Translations under genes and position numbers: made by a program
From: Peribolospora baueri
Taxonomy: Eukaryota
Reading direction: 5' to 3'
DNA length: 64,000 bases
NCBI GenBank assembly: GCA_029717555.1
Contig: JAMDHS010000001.1
Span: 248,001 to 312,000 of the forward strand
Part shown: positions 1 to 10,922 of the stretch, one piece after another
How positions within the stretch are numbered: the first letter of the stretch is position 1
How the letters are laid out: each line of letters begins with the position of its first letter
Notes under the pieces: generated by a model
The model's database searches: none
What the model saw: only the letters and a program-made list of their open reading frames with translations
What the model was told of the DNA's origin: nothing

Positions 1-634
1 GCTAGGCAGCGCAAGCAGGTTCGTCGCGATCGCGCAAGGAGGAGTACCTTGGTCGCCATTGCTGTCATGATGACCGGCTGGACGATCGCGAGGTACCTCG
101 CGAGGAGGTGGACCGCCGTGTCTAGATGGTTAGGGCTGTAAAAAAAGATGGGCACCATCAGCACCGGCTGGAATTGAAAGTCCAATCGCCAATGGTGGGT
201 TAAAAAAGAAAAAGAAAGCCTCAGGTCGGGCCCACGCACTCGAAGCAGAGGGCCCAGAGATCCACGAAAGGGCCTCGGAAAGTGGCGAGGAAGTCGAGGC
301 TCTCTTCTCGTCATAGGGCCTCATCCGGAAGGCATCTTGCGTGTGCGCCAAGCGCCATTTCGATCCTGGGAACCCTCCAGAAGTTTAAGACTCGGTTAGA
401 GCGCATCAAGCAACGGTACGGTCGCAGAACCGAGCCGAACGAGCCCACCTCGTTTCCGACCCCGCACACGGGCCCCAGAACGAGGTCTTGCCGTCCATAT
501 CCCCCAGCGTAGCGTCCTTCCCAAGGAGTAGGAAGACGACTTTCCCTTCTGGTCGAGGGCAAAGGCGGAGGTGTTCGCTATCGCCGTTTCCAAGCCTCGG
601 TCGCACATGACCTTGCCCTCGACTCCTAGGGCAA

Positions 635-964
635 TGTAACGGGCCCGAGAGACACGGAAGAGCTTGTCGACCTATTCCCTGCGCCGATCTCACTGGGAAC
701 AGGCTTGGTGAAGAGAGCCTGCTGGCCTTTGAGGATCTAAACCAGGTAAGTCGGCGGGGATTAAGCCAGGAGTTGGCAGTGGCCGACAGAAACCGGCTCA
801 CCTTGTCTCGCAACTGAATGGCCTCTTCTGGGACGACCCAGTCGCCCTCCTCTATGCCGCCCGGGGCCGATTTTAAGGCCGTCTGGCCGGCGGTATCGAT
901 GAGGAAAGCCTCGACGCACCTAACGTCCCTCGAAGCGAGTCGGAACATTTGCAGGGGCGTCAGA
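635..964 (+). mobile_element. Possible LTR-like fragment abutting the MULE relic
   Basis: Starts TGTAACGGGCCC and ends GGGGCGTCAGA (one change from ...TCACA), giving a weak inverted terminus over ~330 bp. Transposase similarity on the minus strand stops at its right edge. No matching TSD seen. Confidence 0.3.
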
Positions 965-1200
965 GGACGGCAATGAGCACATCTTGGATGTTGTACGTGC
1001 TTGACCTGTAAAGTCCCTTTGACAGTCGTTGTTTGAGTGCATTGCTTGATGTACAAAGCACAAAGCTGATGTTTGGCGTCCCTCCATACCCTTCTACAGG
1101 CTGTGATTTCGGCGCGGTCCTTATCTGTATGCATGAAGGCTGAAATGGACTCGCAACGTGCCATACAAAACCGTCTGGCCAACTGTGTGAAAGTCTCCGG
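960..1200 (-). pseudogene. Decayed MULE-type transposase, central fragment
   Basis: Minus strand reads FMHTDKDRAEITACRRVWRDAKHQLC, then after a frameshift NALKQRLSKGLYRSSTYNI. This matches the F.HTDKD.AEI.A...VW...K.QLC.WH...A...RL pattern I recall for fungal MULE-like transposases. Confidence 0.6.
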
Positions 1201-1689
1201 TGGCTGGTCCGGCTGGGAATGCTGGGGAGTTTCCGAATTGGCGTTTCCTGTGCACGCTCCAAACGCCGACTCGCCCCGACCCAAACTTTGGGCCCCCTCG
1301 TCTCATGAAAAAAACGACTCACTGAGCCTCCTATGCCCGACCCTGTGCCTCTTGCTTCTCCAGCCAATGTTCAATCGTCACCATTTAAATTATGTAATCA
1401 CCATGACGTTCTTCTCTCGTTTTCCTCTTTTCTTCTGCCTCTGCTCCTCACTGTCCTTCTCTTCCTCCTCGTTCTCCCCATTACCCTCGTCGTCCTCCAT
1501 GTCGTCGTCCTCCATCAAGTCTTCTTCCTCATTCTCCTGCGCCTCTTGCTGTTCCGTGCCGCTCCAAATGCTCTTCATAAGCTTGATGCGTATCTTTGTG
1601 GTCGAAGCGACAGGATTTTTATCCAGATGCCTGTCAATGCTTTTAGAATTTTATATGGTACGAACACCTGTTGATGATGTCTACATTTT

Positions 1690-2796
1690 GCCTCCTCAGG
1701 ATGCTATCTGTCCACTTGAACTCCGCTCGAGCTCTTAAACATGGTGGAAATCTACTTACGAGCTGTGGAAGAGGTGCACGACTTCTGCTATGACCACGAC
1801 CTCAGCAGCTTGTGGGGATATCTGTGGGACGCATGGTACAAGCTGAAGCTGTGGTTAGAGTGGGAAAGATCAGTAAACGAGCAGATACCAAGTCTCCGTA
1901 CAACGATGCTGGTGGAGACTCACTGGAGGACTCTGAAGCGGGAATACCTCTATCGTGATGCAACGACCTGCAATTGACCTTTCGGTCTGGGTAATCCTGG
2001 ACAAGATGGTGCGGAGGTGAGTAAATTTCGCTTTAAAACTCAAAGGAAAAGGTGGACACTTGCACAGCATTCTTGGAGGTCCTCTCACGCTGGCTCCTTT
2101 GCAAGCATCTTCTCAAGCGCTGGCCGCACATTCCTGCCAGCAAGATGTCCTTCTTCATTGGCACCATCAGAACTACTCCCTTTTGGCAACACCCTCTTCT
2201 TGGCAATTCACCTGAAGATGATCTGGACGACGCATGAAACAGCTCTGAAGAGTCAACAGAAGATGGTTGGTTCGACAAGCATTCAATTCACCAGCCTGAA
2301 ATGGTAGATGAAGTTGAGAAAGAGTTGGGAGAAGGAGATAGTGAATATGAAGACGAAGGAGACGTGTCTCAGTAGAGGAAAATGGGAAAGAAAACAAAGC
2401 GCAGGACGTAGGTGAGTTTGCCATCTAATTAGGCAAAAGAAAGCGGAGAATCAGCACTCACACGCTTTCTCTAACCTTCGTCTTCTATGGTGAACATTTT
2501 TTTGGTGATGATGGGCATATTAATGATGCCACAGACTTTGAGAACGATGGCGAAGGAGAGGAAGAGAAGGAGGCAAGGCAGGAGGCAAGGAAAAGGGCAC
2601 AGAAAGTGAGGGACTTCGGGCTTTGGCTGGTAGCCTAGCAGACAACCAAGACGAACGCTTTGTGGGAGGGGTTGTGTTTGACTCCATCAAGGCAGGCTTG
2701 GAATTGATGGAGAAGACGAAGAAAGAGAGAAGAGCGCTGCATCTTCCTCCTACCTGGTCACTGAAGAGCACGCTTTTTTATGATCCCAATCTCTAG
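1690..2796 (+). pseudogene. Decayed MULE/SWIM-type transposase, C-terminal half
   Basis: Frameshifted pieces in colinear order: ICPLELR; AVEEVHDFCYDHDLSSLWGYLWDAWY..WERS..IPSLRTTMLVETHWRTLKREYL; SWIM-like TCT..SRWLLCKHL..RTTPFWQHPLL; an acidic stretch; terminal LPPTWSLKSTLFY with stop near 2796. Multiple stops and frameshifts. Confidence 0.7.
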
Positions 2797-3030
2797 CCAA
2801 AAAATAATAAAAAAAAAAATACGCCGGCAATGGTGAGGCTTGTGAATGCACTTCATGAGGAAGGCCTTGAATTCCAAAGCTGCTAAAACAAAGAGGATTC
2901 AACAAAAAGGATTAAAAATGGACTGATGCAAAGGGTTTGAGACGTAGTAGCTGAGATAAAAAGATTGAGATAAATATGGTTGAAATGAAGAGGTTGAGAT
3001 GAAGATGTTGAGATGGGACTTAATGTGAGA

Positions 3031-3374
3031 TGTCGGGGACCGTACCTCGACTGACGCTGGTTCTGGTTCGGGTTGGCTCGTGTGCAACCGGTCTACTGTC
3101 TCAGTCGATCCTAAGTGCGCAGGAAGCAGTTCTGTCCTGTTGCACGTATGAGTTCCACCAGGGGAAAAACACGCCTCGGGCGGAGACTAGTCCTTTATAT
3201 ATACACGAACCAGGTCGGCGCCCGGACCCCGGCGGAATCCCGAGCCTCCCGAATCCCTCCGGCCCTCCGCAGCACAGGCGTTCTTCCCACGACCTTCCGT
3301 GCGCGCTTCGCCGCTTCGGCCGCGCTCTATGGCAGCCAGCCTCGGCGACCGTTCCGTTGGCCCGGGGCCTTACA
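3031..3374 (-). mobile_element. Solo LTR of an LTR retrotransposon
   Basis: 344 bp bounded by TGT...ACA and flanked on both sides by TGAGA (3026-3030 and 3375-3379; 5-bp TSD). GC-rich against AT-rich flank. Internal TATATAAA on the minus strand (~3194-3202) suggests orientation. Confidence 0.65.
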
Positions 3375-3638
3375 TGAGATGAGGATGGGACGTAGTGATG
3401 TGCACGGACTAAGTGATCGGCTGCGGCACGCACGGGCCAAGTGTTCAGCTGCGGCCTGTAACCCTAACATTCGTGCACTTTTGGGAGGGTGCGCTACGCC
3501 GTTCGGTCGAGCCGGTCGGCACGGGTATCGCCTCGTTCGACCAGAAGGGCACGTCGGCATACGTTAGGTGTCGTCAATATCCTAAATGTAGGCTCACGTC
3601 ATAAAAGGGATAGCTACAAAAGGCAAATAACATCTAAA

Positions 3639-3726
3639 GATTGCTTGGCCTAGTTGGTTATGGCGTATCCTTAACAGGATTGATCCTGAACGGATAAGGT
3701 CCTCGGTTCGAACCCGGGAGCGATCA
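3639..3726 (+). tRNA. tRNA-Val(AAC) with 14-nt intron (3677-3690)
   Basis: Acceptor stem GATTGCT/AGCGATC, D arm GCC-TAGTTGGTTAT-GGC, anticodon stem TATCC/GGATA with loop TT-AAC-A[intron]C, T arm CTCGG-TTCGAAC-CCGGG, discriminator A. Confidence 0.93.
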
Positions 3727-3732
3727 TTTTTT
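3727..3732 (+). terminator. RNA polymerase III T-run terminator
   Basis: TTTTTT immediately after the tRNA discriminator base. Confidence 0.8.
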
Positions 3733-3861
3733 GTCCCTCCCTCCATCGTTGAGGGACGTGATCGTCTTTTTTCTTTCCGCGGGGCAGGGTATGGCCCGTG
3801 TTGAAGAAGCAGAGGTCCGTGCGCTCGATGACGTTTCTCTGCTCTCGACTTAAGCAGATGT

Positions 3862-3969
3862 ACTTATACTTTATCGTTAGAAGAAATTAAATTGAATTGA
3901 TATGAATTAACTATTATAGAAAAAATATACTTAGATATCCTAAATCCTAATTTGAATAGAAATCTTGAG
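3862..3969 (+). other. AT-rich island, probable NUMT of a mitochondrial GIY-YIG endonuclease ORF
   Basis: Abrupt, very AT-rich ~108 bp. Open in one frame if TGA=Trp: TYTLSLEEIKLNWYELTIIEKIYLDILNPNLNRNLE, resembling the EL...E..YLD.L.P..N end of GIY-YIG domains. Confidence 0.5.
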
Positions 3970-5548
3970 TCGAGAGTAGAGGAAGCGCCATCGAGTCCCT
4001 TCGTCCGTCCTCCTTTCTGCCATCCATCCAGTTTGTATGTCGCCAGTCCCTGTGGACGCCGCTGGGGGCCGGCCTCCAGCGAGGCCTGTGGCCGGCCACG
4101 CGACATCTCTCGCTTCGCTACTTGCGCCTTTGAGCGAAAGCGAGGTTGGGCCGTCGTGGAGATGCCGTGAGGTTGTATTGCTACTAAGTGATGGCCAGTT
4201 CTTTTTTGCGAAGACATGGAGGCCTTGCGCTCGGAGTTAACTAGGCAGAAGGTGAGAGGTCTGAGACGTTGAACGTTGACGGGGGGAAGAGGTCAGCAAC
4301 CCGCGTTCACTTTATCACTTTAGATGATCATGATGCCGGTAAAAAGGGGACGTCGAGCGGCCGTCAGTCGCGCAGCTCATCGAGAGGGACGTGCTAGTGT
4401 GAGACAGAAAACGTTGGTGGAAATATAGCTCTGCAGAGCGGCAACGGCGAGGGCCTGGATATCAGATAACGGGAAGCCCGGAGGCCGCGGGCAGGGATGA
4501 AGCTATGCTTCGATAGGGGACAACGGTCTCTGGCTTTGCGCAGCTTCCGTGCATCTTCCGGGGTAACAAGGGCCACAGGCATCCCGAGGATCAAACCTCA
4601 CGCAGGACCTCCGATTCGTACAAATGATGTCTGAACGTCCGTTCAATCTGTACACTCTGTACAAGCTGTACTGCACGTCTGAGAAACCATATCGGTCGAC
4701 AGATTCATCGAGCGGTCACAGTTGAAAATTAAAATATCTTGATACATATTTTAAGTGTGGTTACATATTTAAGCCGCCAGATATAGGCACCTTGTCATAT
4801 CGGTTGCTACCATCGGCCCAGTGACCGTACGTCCGTGACCGTCGTCATCGTCGCTCCCTCCTACCGCCGCCCACACCACACTCGCTCTGTGTCCTTTTGT
4901 CCAACGTTGCCTTTATTCGATCTTGTACTCCTTTGTTCTCAACTCCGTTGCGCCTTCATATGATTCACGGGAGATGACGCTACCTAATGTCAGAGTACGA
5001 TGGAAGGGAGGTTCAAGCCGTGCCGTGCCGTGCCTTCTTCGGGAGAATCGACAATCTGACACATCTCCCAAAGCACATCACATCATACAATCTAAGGAAT
5101 CTTCCCTCGGTCTGGAAGTTGTAAGAGACGGGGGCATTTGACGTCTTTCACCTACGGTGTCTCGAACTTTTGAGCTGAGCGTATCGGTGGAGTACCGCCT
5201 CACCCGTCCCTTTAATGCGTCCATTGTCTCTGAGCAGGCGCTGACCGAGAGATCAGTATCGCATCGCAGAGAGGAGGCGCTGGGGATCTCAGATAGCCAT
5301 CCGCTCGTCGACCGAAAAAAAGTCGCTCTAGATCCCATATCACTAAAAGCTACAACAGAGCTGCAAGCAAAGATGGACCGACACATGGACCGAGGAGACA
5401 GGAGGGAGCGAGGAAAGTATGTACGAAAGGATACGGATGGCGGACGGACGTCCGCGGGGCGCCCCCGCTCGAACCAGCAGGGCGGGGCGAGAAGGAAAGG
5501 GAAGGAAAAAAAAAGTCAAGTCGTGAGCGCCACGGACGACAACCTCAT

Positions 5549-7649
5549 TCAGCCGCGGGCGCTCCGCTCTGTCGAGCCGGACCAAGCCCTGCCGAGCCTC
5601 CGCCACGCGCTCCCGCTCTTCTCCTGCGCGGGCGCCGGCCCTCTGAGAAGAGGCTCGTCGGCGGCCACCCCGTCCCCGTCCCCGTCCCCGTCGTCGTTGT
5701 CCTCGTCGTCGTCCTCGTCCGAGGAAGAGGGCGGAAGCAGGACGAGCCTGGGCGGCTGCGCCTGGGCTTGGTCGATGGCGCGAGCCTTGCCGCTGTTGCG
5801 AGCGGCGGCGAGAGCGGCGCGGTCCGAGGGCAGGAGGTCCTCTTCCTCTGCGCGCTCCAGCTCGTCTTCCTCCTCGTCTTCCTCGTCCTCGTACGCCAGC
5901 GCGCTCGTCTGCCTCTCATGCGCGTCCACGTCGTCGACGGCAGTTTGCTCGGCTGCCTCCGCCACGGCGGCGGTCTCACTAACGTCCTCTGCCTCCTTTC
6001 GAAAGACGGTTCGTATGCCGATGGGGATGAGCGCGGCGACGACGATGCCAGCGAGGCCGAAAAAGTTGCGCCACGAGATGAGGTGAAAGTCGGCGGAGGA
6101 GGTCATCTGGTCCAATTGCGCTCCGCTGCCAAGAACGAGGAGGAGTAGAGGTCAGATCTATGATCTCGTCTGTGACCGCGTCTAAAGCGGAGCTCACATG
6201 GTAGTGTGGATGACGGAAACGCCAAAGATGCCGAGGAACGTGGACACCCAGAAGACAGGGATGCCGACGCCGAGGTGAGGGCAGCAGACGTTGATGACCC
6301 AGTGAGGCGGGAAAGGCGCGATCCTGCGATGACGGGCGGGTCAGCAGGTCAGCGAGGAACGACACCGGCTCGTACGACACTCTTGCCCGCCCGGGCTTAC
6401 CTCAGGACGATGAGGTAGCTGATCAGGTTCTCCCGGTGCTGATCCACCTTCCGGCTCCATAGGTCCACGCGCTCCTTCCACTTGGGCAGGGCGAGCAGGG
6501 CCGTGCCGAGAGCGGCCGAGATGAGATAGCAGATGAGCGCGCCCGTCGCGACGGACTGGGCGAGGCAAGGAAAAGCCAAAAACGAAATTGAGGCCGCTCA
6601 GCGCGTGCTACCGAGGCGGCATTGTTTTCGAGGGGCGCTCACGAAGCACGCCAGAGGAAGGGCAATTGGCACGCCCCACATGGCGCCGCCAAGAATGGAG
6701 AGGTACATCGAGCCGGGAAGAGAGAAGGCTTGCAAGCTGCATGCGTGAGGGTGGACGGGTGAGCAGGCTCCGAGCGGAGATTGGGAGCGGCGCCGGCCGG
6801 CGGAGTGGGAACGGATGACACTCACAACATGTACACCACGAACCAGCACACCATGACGCGCCAAAAGTGAGCGTCCTTGTAGTGTTGGAGGACCTTGTTG
6901 AGGGCTTTGAGGTCGTCGAAAGATTTTGGCACCTTGATGTACGGTCGATCCTCTCTGTAGATGGCGAGGTGAAACGAAGGGAGGCGTCAGGGCGCGATCA
7001 ATGCGCGGCAGGAAGACATGGCGAGAGGGAGACCCCAGTGGGCGTGAAAGAGATGAGTTGCTCACGGGGTAACCTGAGGCATGAGGCCATAGATCGTGCC
7101 TACGAGCACGGCGGTGCAGACGAGGAAGAGGACGGCCATCTTGACGGCGGCGATGAAGAGGTTCCGGGTGGCCTCCTTGTTCCTCCACCGCCTGAGCATG
7201 GCCAACGTGCCCGAGTCGAGCTCCGGCTCGGCCAGCGGATCGTCTTCCTCTTCGACGGCGGGGCGTCCGTGGAGAGAGGAGGGAGGGGAGGCGCTTGAGG
7301 GAGGCATGGGCCCGTCGGGGGAGACGGCCATGGCGACGAGGGTGTGACTGGCGAGAGGCACCGCATCCTCCTCGCCCGCCTCGACGGCGGGGTATGCCCT
7401 TTTATCGGCCGGACGGGGCGTGTGGGCCCGGGAGGGATGGGCGCTGGAGCCCCCGGTGGCGGTCGCTCCCGCTGGGTCGTCCATGGGATCGGGAAGGGAG
7501 CGCAGGGAATGCGTGGATCGACGAGAGCTCAAAGAAAGCGAGTTGTGAGAGGGCGACGTGGAATACAAGGAGGAGGGGTCATAGGCGGGGTTAGAATGAA
7601 CGGCGGGCGACGACGTGGAACGAGTGGAGGGGGTTTCGGGCGGAGGCAT
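5549..7649 (-). CDS. TMEM41/Tvp38-like DedA (SNARE-associated Golgi/VTT domain) membrane protein, multi-exon
   Basis: Exons encode LQAFSLPGSMYLSILGGAMWG, VATGALICYLISAALG and ENLISYLIVLR, followed by FPPHWVINVC.PHLGVGIPVFWVSTFLG; GT-AG introns between them. Confidence 0.85.
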
Positions 7650-8263
7650 GCTCAGCGGTGTGGATGGTGGGTGGGTGTGGAGCCGGGCGAGAGGCGGACG
7701 GGTGGGGGCGGTGTGGCGGTGCCTACCGCGGAGCAGCCGAAGGGGAGGAGACGGAGAAGCTGGGGCAAGAGCTCAATTAGAAGAAGGAATCGTATCCATG
7801 TACGTGCGGCGAGGACGGAGGGGGAGCAAAGGCGAACCAATCCAGCGATCGTCCGAGTCGGACGAAGAGGTCGTACACAGAAAGGGGCTCGAGGTTGGGC
7901 ACCGGTGCGAACGCGGGCGACGACGGCAGACGTGGACGTGGACGTCGACCAGGCTGGGTCTGGGCGACTCGTGTCGGGAGCCGGCGTTGGTAAAAGCGGC
8001 GCCGGGGCTGAAGGGGGCAGAGCGATGTCGTCGCCGGGGGTTGAGATGGTTGGTGGTGGTGGTGGTGGACGACGATTGACGATTGACGACGACGACGACG
8101 ATGGTCGTTCCGGTCTCGGCCACTCGGCCGCTCGGGATAAGGTTGTATTGCCATTAGAGAGCAGTTGTAATCCGCCGATACAATTGATGATCCGCCGGGT
8201 CCGACTCGCTCAAATCTTCGTCCACCTCCTCCATCCACCGACCTCGAAGTCGACCGACCGACG

Positions 8264-10575
8264 ATGGCTACACAAGTCGCAGACGCTCATGCCGGCCCTT
8301 CGTCCGCCTCTCGGCCTCGCAGACGCTTCGTCGGCCGCTCCGCCTCTTCCACCAAGTCCGGCAGCACCGCCCCCGCGGGCGGCCCGCCACCGTCCAGCGA
8401 ACGGCGTCCGGTCGCCAACGCCGTGCCGGATGAGATCCTCGCCGACCCGCTGCTGAATGCCGCTATCAGCCAGCTGCCGAGCAACTACAGCTTCGAGATA
8501 CACAAGACCGTGCACCACATCCGCAAGAACGAGGCCAAGATGGTGGCGCTGCAGATGCCCGAGGGTCTTACCATGTTCGCCTGTACCATCGCCGACATCA
8601 TAGAGAGGTGAGCGTGGAGTGGCGGAAAGAAAGCACGTCTTTGGCCCAGGTCATGTTTGGATGCTCATCCAGCCCGTTGCTTCTTTCGTTTTCGTGCAGG
8701 TTCACCGACGCTACCACGCTCGTCATGGGCGATGTCACGTACGGCGCATGCTGCGTCGACGACTACACCGCCCGCGCTCTTGGCTGCGACATGCTCGTTC
8801 ATTACGGCCATTCCTGCCTGAGTGAGCGAATCTCTCTCCAGTCCCTCCCTCGTTCCTCTCTTGCACCTCACTGACCCGTCCATCCCCATCCGTCGGCGCA
8901 CGCCACCTTGGCCTCTCTCACCTCCATCAGTCCCCGTGGACATGACGACGATCAAGACCCTCTACGTCTTCGTCGAAATCTCCATTGACCCTGCCCACCT
9001 CGCATCCACCGTGCGGTCCAATTTCCCTGACAACAAGGACACTTTTTGGCGGGACATTTTAGAAAACGAGTCCCCCGCTGGAGCAACAAGAGGTGGGGGG
9101 GCACCGGACAAGGGCAAGGCCAGATTGGAGATTGGCGCTTCGGAAGAAGATGGCGCTCCGACGTCTGCCGGACAGTCTTCGGGTACTCGAACTGGCGAGG
9201 CGCCGGAAACGCCGCGCACCCATCTCGCGCTCGTGGGCACGATCCAGTTCGTCAACGCGCTCGCCTCGCTCAAGCACTCCCTCGAAGCGTCTCACACACC
9301 CTCTCCCTGGACTGAGAAAGAACGCGCAGAGACGGAGGAGCGACGGCGGCGTGGCGAGCGGCTGAGGATCACGGCGGCGGCGGGCGACGAGGGCGACGGT
9401 GGAAACGAAGACGTAGGCGATGATGATACGAGCGGCCCATCTGGTGTGGATGTGGACCGGGACTCGACCACGTCACGTAGATGGTACGGCGGCACGTACG
9501 AGATCACCATCCCCCAGACCAGGCCGCTCAGCCCCGGTGAGATCTTGGGCTGCACGGCGCCAAAGCTGCCGGAGAGTGTCGATGCGGTCGTGTAAGTCGA
9601 TCTTTCTTCGCTCACGTCAAGGGCGCGATCGAGAATGGGCGACTAAAAGAGACTTCGTTATTTTCTGTTTTGTTCTCTTCTTGCAGCTACCTCGGCGACG
9701 GTCGTTTCCACCTCGAATCCATCATGATTGCCAACCCGCGCGTGCCAGCGTTCAGATATGACCCCTACACAAAGCGCTTCGAGCGCGAGCTCTACGACCA
9801 CGCCGAGATGAGGCGGACGAGGGGCGATGCGGTGCGAAAGGCCAAGGCGAGCGCAGAGTCGTTTGCTCGCGCCGGCGTGGACGACCCGAAAGGAGGAGAG
9901 GCGAGCGGGCCGACCGGCTGGGGATTGGTGCTGGGCACGCTGGGAAGACAAGGGAGCCTCAAGGTATTGGAGGTGAGCACCCACGTTTCCGCCAGACGCT
10001 AGCCCGGTACGTTCGTTCACGCCCCTCCTCCTCTCCTCCCTCTCCCTCTCTCTGCCCAGTCTTTGTCACGTTCGCTCGACGAGCACGCCCCTCCCGTGCC
10101 CTACGTGCCCATCCTGCTCTCTGAACTGTCCCCGCAGAAGCTCTCCCTGTTTGGATCGCACCTGTCGGCTTTCATCCAGACTTCGTGTCCCCGTCTCTCC
10201 ATCGACTGGGGCCTCGCTTTCGCTCGACCGTTGCTATCGCCTTACGAAGCCGCAGTGGCGCTGAGCAAGGCGGAAGGGTGGGACGAGGACGTGTCGGGAC
10301 TCGGTCTCCGAAGGAGAGACGGCCGCGGCTTCGGGCTACACAACGAGGAGGAAGGGGGACGAGAGCGCTCGGGACGGGAGAGGGACTATCCGATGGACTT
10401 TTATGCCGACCAGAGTCGCGGGCCGTGGACGCCTCGGCACGGCTTGGCGCCCGTGCGCGGACAGCGGAGGCCGTTGCCGGGGATGAAGAGGAGGGCGGAG
10501 GGGCGCAAGGGCAGCGCAAGCGCGGCGGCCGAGCCCGGCTCGACTTTGGAATCGGTTCCCGTGGGAGCGTCTTGA
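8264..10575 (+). CDS. DPH1: Diphthamide biosynthesis protein 1, multi-exon
   Basis: [94 protein letters not shown] and YPMDFY motifs. Confidence 0.95.
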
Positions 10576-10922
10576 GCGCGTACCGAACGAAGATCATATG
10601 GGTGCCCATTATGTCCGTCTGAGCAGCTCCCATCCATCGTGCTCCTTTGCTATGCTACAATCGTCCCACGACTGCGCCCTTGAAGCGAAGCTGAGCACGT
10701 GCTGGCAGTCCGGGTGATCTCGGAGTTTAGCGGAGGTGATATGATCGAGGCGTCCACGTGGGCTTCCGTCATCAACTTTCCCCACCCGTCGTCGGCGGAC
10801 GCCGATGCGCGCAGCTTGTCCCATCCCACCACCAACCAGCGCCGACTCCAGCTCGCAACTCGAGTCCTCCCATCTCGACCCTCCAGATCAGACAGAAAGA
10901 GACAAGAAAAAGAACAAGCAAG

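Noticed and set aside
3459..3468. TAACCCTAAC as telomerase RNA template or interstitial telomere
   Set aside because: A single 10-mer is plausible by chance in 64 kb; it lies among TE debris with no supporting structure.
129..3468. GTTAGGGCTGTA / TGTAACCCTAAC as terminal inverted repeats of the MULE relic
   Set aside because: Only 9/12 match, no extension and no TSD.
4394..4594. LGMPVALVTPEDARKL resembling the Sen34 N-terminus
   Set aside because: Too short, no ATG start and no further endonuclease motifs.
4623..4682. ATGATG...CTGA as a box C/D snoRNA
   Set aside because: Imperfect C box, short, no clear terminal stem or recognisable guide.
5157..8456. Plus-strand ORFs 5157..6086 and 7344..8456
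   Set aside because: Antisense to, or spanning the promoter of, the TMEM41-like gene; low-complexity GC-rich shadow ORFs.
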